Assembly: GCA_038227875.1 (NCBI GenBank)
Contig: JBBRPR010000097.1
Coordinates: 1-20,521, forward strand
DNA length: 20,521 bases
Direction: 5' to 3'
From: Planctomycetota bacterium
Lineage (GTDB): Bacteria; Planctomycetota; SZUA-567; H5-PLA8
Part shown: positions 1 to 7,048 of the stretch, piece by piece
How the letters are laid out: each line of letters opens with the position of its first letter
How positions within the stretch are numbered: position 1 is the first letter of the stretch
Notes under the pieces: generated by a model
Seen by the model: the letters and a program-made list of their open reading frames with translations, nothing else
Databases searched by the model: none
What the model was told of the DNA's origin: nothing
Position numbers and translations under genes: made by a program

Positions 1-447
1 AACCTGGCCTTCAACATGCTCAACTCCCACGACGAAAAAACGCACGAACGAGCGATCGTTTTAGGCATGAAGCTGATCGCTCAGCAAGAACGCCAGGCGA
101 GCGCCGAAAAGTGGCGCGAGTTCGTCTACTTCGACAAACTCGAACGCAAAGAAGCCGCCAAGAAGCAACAGGCCGAAACCGAGCTCAAAGAGGAACTCGA
201 AAGCGGCCAAAACCGGACAAAAGCGGACACCACCGCCGAACCGTCCGCCGAAAGCGGCCAAATCCGGACAGAACCGGGCACGACCGCTGAATCAGAATCA
301 GAACCCGGCCAAAGCCGGACAAATCCGGACACGACCGAGCCGCCTATCGTGGTCAAAGAAGCCAAATTCACCACCGCCACGCAGAAACCGCCCTTCAAAG
401 CACCGAACAAAGCTCCTTTCTACGCCGGTGTCGCCGGAAGAAGGTAA
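1..447 (+). CDS. Hypothetical protein, 5'-truncated by the window edge; low-complexity C-terminal tail with three 17-aa repeats
   Basis: Frame is open from base 1 (aac ctg gcc ttc aac atg...) to TAA at 445-447. Helical charged segment, then ESGQNRTKADTT / ESGQIRTEPGTT / EPGQSRTNPDTT. No family recognised. Confidence 0.6.
   Translation, partial: NLAFNMLNSHDEKTHERAIVLGMKLIAQQERQASAEKWREFVYFDKLERKEAAKKQQAETELKEELESGQNRTKADTTAEPSAESGQIRTEPGTTAESESEPGQSRTNPDTTEPPIVVKEAKFTTATQKPPFKAPNKAPFYAGVAGRR
200..331 (+). repeat. Three triads of 10-bp direct repeats (consensus AANNCGGACA), triads spaced 51 bp apart
   Basis: 200-229 aaagcggcca/aaaccggaca/aaagcggaca; 251-280 aaagcggcca/aatccggaca/gaaccgggca; 302-331 aacccggcca/aagccggaca/aatccggaca. 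Confidence 0.85.
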
Positions 448-498
448 GTGAAGTGGACCCAGCTGATCGACGAACCGCAAGCCAGACCGCACTCGCCA

Positions 499-679
499 TC
501 CCGCGAGGGTGAGCTACGCGGACAAGAACCTCGTCGGCAAGCAAGCTTCGTCAACACGGGTGCCGAGAACACGGACGCGTCATTCCGTCTGACCACTCCG
601 TCTTCTCGGCACCATTTCCCCTCTGATCGCCAGCACGGACGAGATTCTTGTTCGCTCCCGCTCACCCACCCTCGTGGGA
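499..679. ncRNA. Candidate structured RNA: ~180-nt rod hairpin with central bubble (6S RNA-like geometry; identity unproven)
   Basis: Nested stems read by eye: 499-511/667-679 (13 bp including one G-U); 518-535/638-655 (17 of 18 paired including one G-U); 559-569/603-613 (11/11); 571-575/597-601; 579-582/590-593. Internal loop at 536-558/614-637. Confidence 0.45.
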
Positions 680-741
680 ATTCATTGCGCGCCGTCAATT
701 CCCCGCAGACCTCCCTTCTCATGTCCGCCCGCCCCCATTAT

Positions 742-769
742 CAGATGCCCGATGCCCGGTCCCCGATGC
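742..769 (+). repeat. Short heptamer tandem repeat (CCGATGC-like, 4 copies)
   Basis: cagatgc ccgatgc ccggtcc ccgatgc, bracketed by the inverted pair CAGATG (742-747) / CATCTG (770-775). Confidence 0.5.
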
Positions 770-816
770 CATCTGTTCGGTTGTAGTCCGCCCTGTTCAG
801 CCCCCGCCCACCTCGC

Positions 817-822
817 TATAAT
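817..822 (+). promoter_or_regulatory. Probable sigma70 -10 box of a leaderless transcript for the BatA/vWA gene
   Basis: Perfect TATAAT in a very GC-rich context, 8 nt upstream of the GTG at 831. No Shine-Dalgarno (ccactccc precedes the start). -35 element is poor. Confidence 0.5.
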
Positions 823-830
823 CCACTCCC

Positions 831-2651
831 GTGCAACTCGGCCCCCTACTCTTCTCTGCCAGCGCGTTCTGGCTGGCGATTCCGGTGCTCCTCGCGCTGA
901 TCATCGCGCGATTTTTCCGCACGCGACGCCGCGAAGTCGTCGCCGGCAGCCTCCTGCTCTGGAAACGGTTGGCCGCACAACAACCCAAACTTCCGCCGCG
1001 CCGCGTGATCATCGATGCGTCGCTGCTCCTCCAATTCGCGGCGTTGCTGGCGATCATGGCCGCGCTGGCCGCGCCGTCCTGGTCCGTCGGCGGCACGCAT
1101 GGCCGTGAAGTCCTCCTGGTCGTCGACAACGGTCCGCTCGCCCGAGCGCGCAACGCCGGCGGCACGCCGCTGCTCTCCGATCTCAGGCAAGCCGCGGAAC
1201 TCCGCCTCAAGTCTTTGAAGTCCGACGACCGCGTCTTCCTCGCCCGCAGTTCGCCCACGCCGAAGCTGCTCACACCGGAAGCGCTCTCGCCCGACGCCGC
1301 AAAATCGAAGCTCGCCGAAATCGCCCCCGCGCTCTCCGGCCCGGACGCCGAGGCGCTCTGGCGTTTCTGTGCCGACAAGGCCCACAGCCTGGACGAGTCC
1401 GGCAGTGTGCGGCGCGAAGTGCTTTCTCTGCGAGACGGCCCGCCCAATCTCGGCGTCCAGTGGCGTTGCATCGCTCCTTCTAACTCTGCGTTGAACAACG
1501 TCGCGCTCGTTGGCACCGGCTCCGCGTTTGTCCCGAATTCCGCCGGCGGCGTCACCGAAGTCCTGATCCGCGTAAAGAATTTCGGCGCGCAACCCATCGA
1601 CGGCTCCGTCACACTTATCGGGCTGAAGGACACGAAGCCCGCCGACGCCGCGCACACCCGGACGCTCCACCTGGATGCTCACAGCGACGGCAGCGTCGTT
1701 TTCACGCTCGACGGCCCCGCCAAAGAAGCCCTGCGAGCCCAGTGGGCATCATCGAAACCCGACGTGCTTCCGGAAGACGACGTGATCGCGCTCAGTCCGC
1801 GCGTGGCCAATCCGCCGCGCATCCGGTTCGTGCCCGCCAGCGTCCCGGCGCTCGAGAAGCTCTTCCGCGAAGTCACGCCGCCGGCCGTGATCGTAGCGCC
1901 GACCGACACCGCCGATGTCGACTTGGAAATCCGCACCGGCAACGTGCCCGAAGCGATGCCCGCCAACGCCAAGGCGCTGATGCTGCTCTCTCCAGAGACC
2001 GGCTTCCGCAGCTTTTTCGAAGTGCCTGGCGAACTCAAAAATCCGCAGCCGCAGAAGGACCCGTCCGACGACCTTGTTCCGTTTGTGAAATCGTCGGCCG
2101 ACAGCCTCTTCGCCGTGCCGCGCGCGCGGGAGATCCAGGTCACCGGAGACATGAGCGTGGTCATCAAGGACCGCGTCTCCGGCCGCCCGCTGATCGCGCG
2201 CTTCGCCGACGAACGCGGACATCCGGTCTTCCTCTTTGCCTTCGTCCCCGGACAGGGCCTGCCCGCCGACCGCGCGCTGGAACCAGAACTCGCCGCCGTG
2301 CTGGTCAGCCTCATCGATCGCGCCGCTGGAATCGGGGAACCCTTCGCCTTCACGACCGCCCGCGAACTCGAAGCCAGCCTCACCGAACCGCTGCCGCTGG
2401 CCTGGTCCGCACCCGCCGACGACACCGCGAAGTCCGGCGCCGGCGTGCTCGACGAAAGCACCTCGAATCTGCAGCTCGGCAAGCCCACGGCTGCTCTCTC
2501 CAGCGCCGACGATACGGAAGCCTGGCCGGCCGCGGCGCGATCCGAGGTCTACGATCTGACGCCGTGGTGCATCGTCCTGGCCGTCTGTCTCATGCTGTAT
2601 GAGCAGTGGCGCGAGCGGCCCCGAGCGCATACCGTGAAGCCGTTGGCGTGA
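831..2651 (+). CDS. BatA (N-terminal double-transmembrane) domain protein with degenerate vWA domain and C-terminal TM anchor
   Basis: N-terminus FWLAIPVLLALIIARFFRTRRREVVAGSLLLWKRL...LLLQFAALLAIMAALAAP fits the BatA/aerotolerance N-terminal pattern. vWA first strand EVLLVVDNGPLA; CARDB/Ig-like NNVALV...VRVKNFG-type segment; C-terminal DLTPWCIVLAVCLMLYE anchor. Confidence 0.8.
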   Translation: MQLGPLLFSASAFWLAIPVLLALIIARFFRTRRREVVAGSLLLWKRLAAQQPKLPPRRVIIDASLLLQFAALLAIMAALAAPSWSVGGTHGREVLLVVDNGPLARARNAGGTPLLSDLRQAAELRLKSLKSDDRVFLARSSPTPKLLTPEALSPDAAKSKLAEIAPALSGPDAEALWRFCADKAHSLDESGSVRREVLSLRDGPPNLGVQWRCIAPSNSALNNVALVGTGSAFVPNSAGGVTEVLIRVKNFGAQPIDGSVTLIGLKDTKPADAAHTRTLHLDAHSDGSVVFTLDGPAKEALRAQWASSKPDVLPEDDVIALSPRVANPPRIRFVPASVPALEKLFREVTPPAVIVAPTDTADVDLEIRTGNVPEAMPANAKALMLLSPETGFRSFFEVPGELKNPQPQKDPSDDLVPFVKSSADSLFAVPRAREIQVTGDMSVVIKDRVSGRPLIARFADERGHPVFLFAFVPGQGLPADRALEPELAAVLVSLIDRAAGIGEPFAFTTARELEASLTEPLPLAWSAPADDTAKSGAGVLDESTSNLQLGKPTAALSSADDTEAWPAAARSEVYDLTPWCIVLAVCLMLYEQWRERPRAHTVKPLA

Positions 2652-2695
2652 GCGGCGTCTGTACTTCAATCGTGAATTTCGAAAGGACGGTCAAA

Positions 2696-3277
2696 GTGGG
2701 TTTTCCGCTCAACAGGATTCGCGCGCTCAGCACCGTGGCCCTGGCAATGGTCTTGCTCGTCCTCGCCGTCGGTTGCAAGAAGGGCGAAGAAGCCGACGAC
2801 CACCCGGCTCCGTCTCCCGCTCCTGATGATGGCGGCGGCAAGGAAGCCAAAAGCTCCGGTGGCGGCGGACTCTCGCGCCTGTTCAAAGCCGACACCGTCG
2901 CGACTTACGGCTGGGACGGCCAGAGCTCCAGCATGACGCTCGACATGAACACCAACGAAGCCTACCGCCGCTCAATCTCCGGACTGCGCGCGATGGGTTT
3001 CGTGATCAAGGAAGAAGCATCGAAGAAGGAAGGCGGCAAGTCGCACATTCAAGGCGCGAAGTCCGATCAGACGCAGGTCTCGGTGTGGATTGAAGAGCCG
3101 GCCGAAAAACCCGGCAAGGCGCTGCTCCACGTCAAGGTCGGCGCGCTCGGCGACCGCACCGGAAGCGAACGGGTCTTCGATGAGATTCAGAAAGTCCGCA
3201 CGCGTCCGGCCACCGCGCCCGTCGCGAAGCCTGCTCCAAAAACGGCGCCGCCGCCAGCTAATTCCCAGCAGCCGTAG
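2696..3277 (+). CDS. Putative lipoprotein (DUF3568-like)
   Basis: GTG at 2696 preceded by GAAAGGA (2681-2687); signal peptide with lipobox LAVG-C. Core segment ending LLHVKVGALGDRTGSERVFDEI resembles DUF3568 lipoproteins. The ORF-track start at 2606 overlaps the upstream gene and is unlikely. Confidence 0.7.
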   Translation: MGFPLNRIRALSTVALAMVLLVLAVGCKKGEEADDHPAPSPAPDDGGGKEAKSSGGGGLSRLFKADTVATYGWDGQSSSMTLDMNTNEAYRRSISGLRAMGFVIKEEASKKEGGKSHIQGAKSDQTQVSVWIEEPAEKPGKALLHVKVGALGDRTGSERVFDEIQKVRTRPATAPVAKPAPKTAPPPANSQQP

Positions 3278-5465
3278 CCATTTTGTCGGCCGACGAAATC
3301 TCGTCGCGCTTGGGTCGGGGCGCGCGAATCAGGGCCAGGCCGACGGCAAACACCAGCACCGCCGGCACCATCCATTGCAGCGGCAGGTTGGGCAGCGCTT
3401 CGCCGGGGTTCGGCGCTTCTTCCTTCACGCCCAAAAGTGCCGGCCAGATGAACGTCGACGAGTTGTGCATGAAATGATAGATCACGCCCGGCCAGAGACT
3501 CTTGGCTTCGTACGCCATGTACGCCAGCACCACGCCCAGCAGCATGACGATGGGCTGCCGGTACAGCGGAACGTGAAACGCGCCGAAGATAAAGCCGACC
3601 AGCAGCAGCACGCGCCACTTGGCGGACTTTTGCAGCAACCCCTGCTGCAGGAACCCGCGGAAGAAATGCTCTTCGCACAGCGCCGGTGAAAAACCGATCA
3701 GGAAGATCAGTACGGTGAGGCCCCAGGACGTCGACGACAGTTCATGAATCGGCTTTTCCAATGCTTCCATGCCGCTGCTCGACGTGGGCCACACCCAACT
3801 CTGCCACACCGCCAGCTGCTGCGCGATGAAGAACGACGAAACGCCGAGCAGGATCGCACCAATCACGGCCCGTATCGGCGGCGCGTTCCATTGAAACGTC
3901 TTCTTCAAATCGAGCTTCAGGTACCAGGCAATGAAGATGGGCATTCCCAGGAAAAGCAGATACAGCGGCAGCGCCACGACCAGCACGAAGTTCGGGACCT
4001 TGACGTCGTTGAAGTCGAGCAGCGCTTTCTGCAGCCACAATTGAAAGTAGAAGTTGATCGGAAAGAGCAGCGCCGCCACCAGCATCGCGTCGCCCCACCG
4101 CGGCCGGTCGCTGGGCTTGAAGAACTTGCGGCTCAAGAACAAGCGCACGCTGCCCTGAGCGTTGAAGAGCACCTCTTCGCGCGCAAACACGCGCGCGGCC
4201 AGCGCCACCGCGCCCGCCGCATAAAAGCATGTGCTGAAGAAGACGAAGACCACGTGCTCCGCCGTGGCGTGACGGAGGAAGAGCTCCTTGATCATCAGCG
4301 CGACATTGACCACCGGCGCGAAGAGCAGCGGCCCGTCGAGCTCCACGTCGGGCATCATCACCATGACCATGCCGACGATCGGAATCATGAACACCGGCAT
4401 GCAGTAGATGCCCGCTTCCTTGTGATTGGTCGCGAAGCTCGCCACCGCCAGCAGCAGCGCGGCGAAGAAGAACGTCAGCGGGATCAGCAGCAGCAGCGCC
4501 AGCGGTAGCACCTGCCACGGAATGCCGGCCTGGTTGAGCATCGGTATCGGCATCATCAGAAAACTGCCGCCGCAACTCAGGACGTTCAATCCCGCCGTCG
4601 CGCTGGCGATCGTGGCCACGGCCAGAAACTTTCCGGTGATGATTTCAATCGGGCGAACAGGCGTGACGATCAGCGTCTCCAGCGTGGAGCGTTCTTTCTC
4701 GCCGGCGGTCATGTCGATCGCCGGGTACATCGCGCCGGTGATGATCATGATGATGAACATCATCGGCAGAAACGAGAGCAGTGATCCGCCGACCTTTGCC
4801 GCGTCGGCCACGTTGGTGCGCACAAACGCGAACGGCTGCAGGTCCTTCACGTCCATATTGTGCGCCTTCAGGCGGTTCTTCAGCGCCTGCTTGCTGTACC
4901 GTTCCATCAACGCCTGCACGCGCGACGCCGCATCCACCGAACGATGTTCCGCCGCGTCGATGCGGACATTGACCTCCACCTTCTTATTGGCCTCAACATC
5001 CTCTTCAAAGGTCAGCGGAATATCGACGACCGCCTTCACCTCACCGGTCGCCAGTTTCTTGCCCGCTTCGTCGGCGTCCATTTCCACGAACGTCAGCGGA
5101 ATTGTATGCACTTTCATTGGCGCGGCGTTGGGCACTTCCGGCTTGTTCGCCTCGCGGAGCATCTTGGCCTTCGCGGCCAGCGGATCGCGCGAGTCGCCGA
5201 AGCCCGGGACGTCGTCGAGGTTGTCGCCGGATTTGGCGTCTTCCATCAGATGCTCGAAAAACGGCCGCATCGTCCGGGGCACCGCGACGGTGTAGGTTTC
5301 TTTGAGCATGCGCGTCTGCGTAGCCGTGAGCACTTCCGACATTCCCAGCATCATCAGCGGGTAGATCATCAGCGGCACGATCACCGATGCCAGCACCACG
5401 CGGCGATCACGCAAAGCGTCGCGGAGTTCCTTGATATAGACGGCGCGTACTTTCGGTGGGAGCAT
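3258..5465 (-). CDS. natB: ABC-2/NatB-type permease fused to a CPBP (Abi/CAAX-like) intramembrane glutamic endopeptidase domain
   Basis: N-terminus VYIKELRDALRDRR; NatB motif AIDMTAGEKERSTLETLIVTPV; CPBP motifs EEHFFRG, FGAFH and HFMHN; many TM segments. ATG at 5465 with AGGA upstream. Confidence 0.88.
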   Translation of the reverse strand: MLPPKVRAVYIKELRDALRDRRVVLASVIVPLMIYPLMMLGMSEVLTATQTRMLKETYTVAVPRTMRPFFEHLMEDAKSGDNLDDVPGFGDSRDPLAAKAKMLREANKPEVPNAAPMKVHTIPLTFVEMDADEAGKKLATGEVKAVVDIPLTFEEDVEANKKVEVNVRIDAAEHRSVDAASRVQALMERYSKQALKNRLKAHNMDVKDLQPFAFVRTNVADAAKVGGSLLSFLPMMFIIMIITGAMYPAIDMTAGEKERSTLETLIVTPVRPIEIITGKFLAVATIASATAGLNVLSCGGSFLMMPIPMLNQAGIPWQVLPLALLLLIPLTFFFAALLLAVASFATNHKEAGIYCMPVFMIPIVGMVMVMMPDVELDGPLLFAPVVNVALMIKELFLRHATAEHVVFVFFSTCFYAAGAVALAARVFAREEVLFNAQGSVRLFLSRKFFKPSDRPRWGDAMLVAALLFPINFYFQLWLQKALLDFNDVKVPNFVLVVALPLYLLFLGMPIFIAWYLKLDLKKTFQWNAPPIRAVIGAILLGVSSFFIAQQLAVWQSWVWPTSSSGMEALEKPIHELSSTSWGLTVLIFLIGFSPALCEEHFFRGFLQQGLLQKSAKWRVLLLVGFIFGAFHVPLYRQPIVMLLGVVLAYMAYEAKSLWPGVIYHFMHNSSTFIWPALLGVKEEAPNPGEALPNLPLQWMVPAVLVFAVGLALIRAPRPKRDEISSADKMATAAGN

Positions 5466-5492
5466 CAATTCTTCCTGGTGATTCGAACTCGA

Positions 5493-6407
5493 CTATTGAA
5501 ACCGTCCCTGAATGTCATCCGGCATGGCTACTGCCCGCGCCTGTCCGGAATCATACGCGGAAACCTCCGGCGGCGGCGCGCCTTCCACGCGCGCCACCAT
5601 CTCAAGGAAGATGTCGCTGAGCCGTTCCTTGCCGGTATTGACGCGCAGTTGCGCCAGCGTGCCTTCCGCCAGCAGCACGCCCTTATGCATCATGCCGAAG
5701 CGGTGGCAGATCGCTTCGACTTCATCGAGATGATGCGTCGAGAGAATGATGGTGTGCCCGCGCTTGCTGGCCTGCTTGACGAAATCGAGAATCAGCCGGT
5801 TGGTCAGCACGTCCAGGCCGTTGGTCGGCTCGTCGAGAATCAGAATCTGCGGGTGGCCGATCAGTGTGCGCGCGATCTGCACGCGCTGGCGCTCGCCGGT
5901 CGACATGCCTTCGCAGCGCCGGTCCGCAAAGGCCGTCAGCCCCAGCATCGTGATCAGCTCGTTGATCTGGCCTTCCAACGCATCGCGCGGAATGCCCCGC
6001 AGTTCGCCGAAGTAGCGCAGCGTTTCCCGCGGCGTCAGCCGCACGTACAGCCCAGTGTTGGCGGTCAGAAACCCCGTACGTTCCTTCAAGGCCATCGGAT
6101 CGGCCGCGCCGCTGATGCCATCGACGATCACGTCGCCGCCGGAGGGCTGCATCAATCCCGCGAGAATGCGCAACGTGGTGGTCTTCCCCGCTCCGTTGGG
6201 CCCCAGCAGGCCGTAGATTTCCCCGCGCGCAACATGAAAGTCGATGCGGTCCACCGCGACATGTTCCTGTCCGGTGTGCGTGTGGAATATTTTTCGGAGG
6301 GCCTGTACGTGGATGATGGGTTCGATCGCGGGGGGAAGCAGGGCTGCGTCTGGAGCGACCGGGATGGGGACCGGAACGGGCTCATTCGCGTTGATCGGAT
6401 CCGCCAT
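5493..6407 (-). CDS. natA: ABC transporter ATP-binding protein (NatA-like)
   Basis: Walker A GPNGAGKT; signature variant MSTGERQR typical of NatA; Walker B ILILDEPT; H-loop STH. ATG at 6407 with GGAG SD. Immediately upstream of the NatB-like permease. Confidence 0.88.
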   Translation of the reverse strand: MADPINANEPVPVPIPVAPDAALLPPAIEPIIHVQALRKIFHTHTGQEHVAVDRIDFHVARGEIYGLLGPNGAGKTTTLRILAGLMQPSGGDVIVDGISGAADPMALKERTGFLTANTGLYVRLTPRETLRYFGELRGIPRDALEGQINELITMLGLTAFADRRCEGMSTGERQRVQIARTLIGHPQILILDEPTNGLDVLTNRLILDFVKQASKRGHTIILSTHHLDEVEAICHRFGMMHKGVLLAEGTLAQLRVNTGKERLSDIFLEMVARVEGAPPPEVSAYDSGQARAVAMPDDIQGRFQ

Positions 6408-6495
6408 CGCTTGCTCCCGCTCGACCACTCTCACTCAATCCGCAGTCGAAAGAGATAATATCCGCACAGTGTGAAATTCCTATCAGTAATGTGAG

Positions 6496-7032
6496 TCATT
6501 GCGCAGACAAGGCGCTAATTAGAGCCTGCACTCCGATCTTTATAGCGTTGAGCACCGCCGCGTCCGCGATCTCGCCCGACTTCGTCATCTCGCGCCGGGC
6601 ACGCGGGGCCACCACGGTCGCGTCCGCCAGCACCCGCGCCTCCATTGTGCTCAGGATTTCCACCAGCGCCGCCTGCGCGAATTGACCGCCGCTGCTGGAC
6701 GCATTGATGATCAGCACCGGCTTCTTTGAAAACTCGCCGCTCGACACAATCCAATCCAGCGCGTTCTTGAACGCGCCGGGCAGTCCGTGCACGTACTCCG
6801 GAGTCGAGACGACGAACCCGTCCGCGGAGGCCAGCAACGCACGAAACTCGGCGACGGCCGGCGGCGGCGCAAGCTCCGGCGCGTCGAGATCCGGATTGAA
6901 GTGCGGCAACCCGCCCAGACCCGTGTAGTGAAGCACCTCCACGCCATCCGGCGCGACGGCCCCCACCGCACGCAGCAGCGCTCCGTTCGACGACGCAGCG
7001 CGGAGGCTTCCCGAAAGTGTGACGATCTTCAT
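6496..7032 (-). CDS. NADPH-dependent FMN reductase (flavodoxin-like, SsuE/ChrR family)
   Basis: MKIVTLSGSLRAASSN phosphate loop; LPHFNPDLD; TPEYVHGLPGAFKNALDW; KPV. ATG at 7032 lies 16 nt past the kinase stop. Confidence 0.92.
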   Translation of the reverse strand: MKIVTLSGSLRAASSNGALLRAVGAVAPDGVEVLHYTGLGGLPHFNPDLDAPELAPPPAVAEFRALLASADGFVVSTPEYVHGLPGAFKNALDWIVSSGEFSKKPVLIINASSSGGQFAQAALVEILSTMEARVLADATVVAPRARREMTKSGEIADAAVLNAIKIGVQALISALSAQ

Positions 7033-7048
7033 CACGCACCCGCAGACC

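Noticed and set aside
562..614. tRNA-like acceptor stem GCCGAGA...TCTCGGC-ACCA
   Set aside because: Only 53 nt, with no TTCGA T-loop, D-arm or anticodon arm. The ACC also pairs with upstream GGT as part of the larger hairpin, so it is not called as a tRNA.
448..786. 112-aa + strand ORF (and overlapping ORFs 420-722 and 674-1108)
   Set aside because: Ser/Pro/Arg-rich with no recognisable motif or SD; the region is better explained by the RNA-like hairpin and the promoter.
4860..6458. 532-aa + strand ORF
   Set aside because: Antisense shadow of natA/natB, which carry clear motifs; typical of high-GC DNA.
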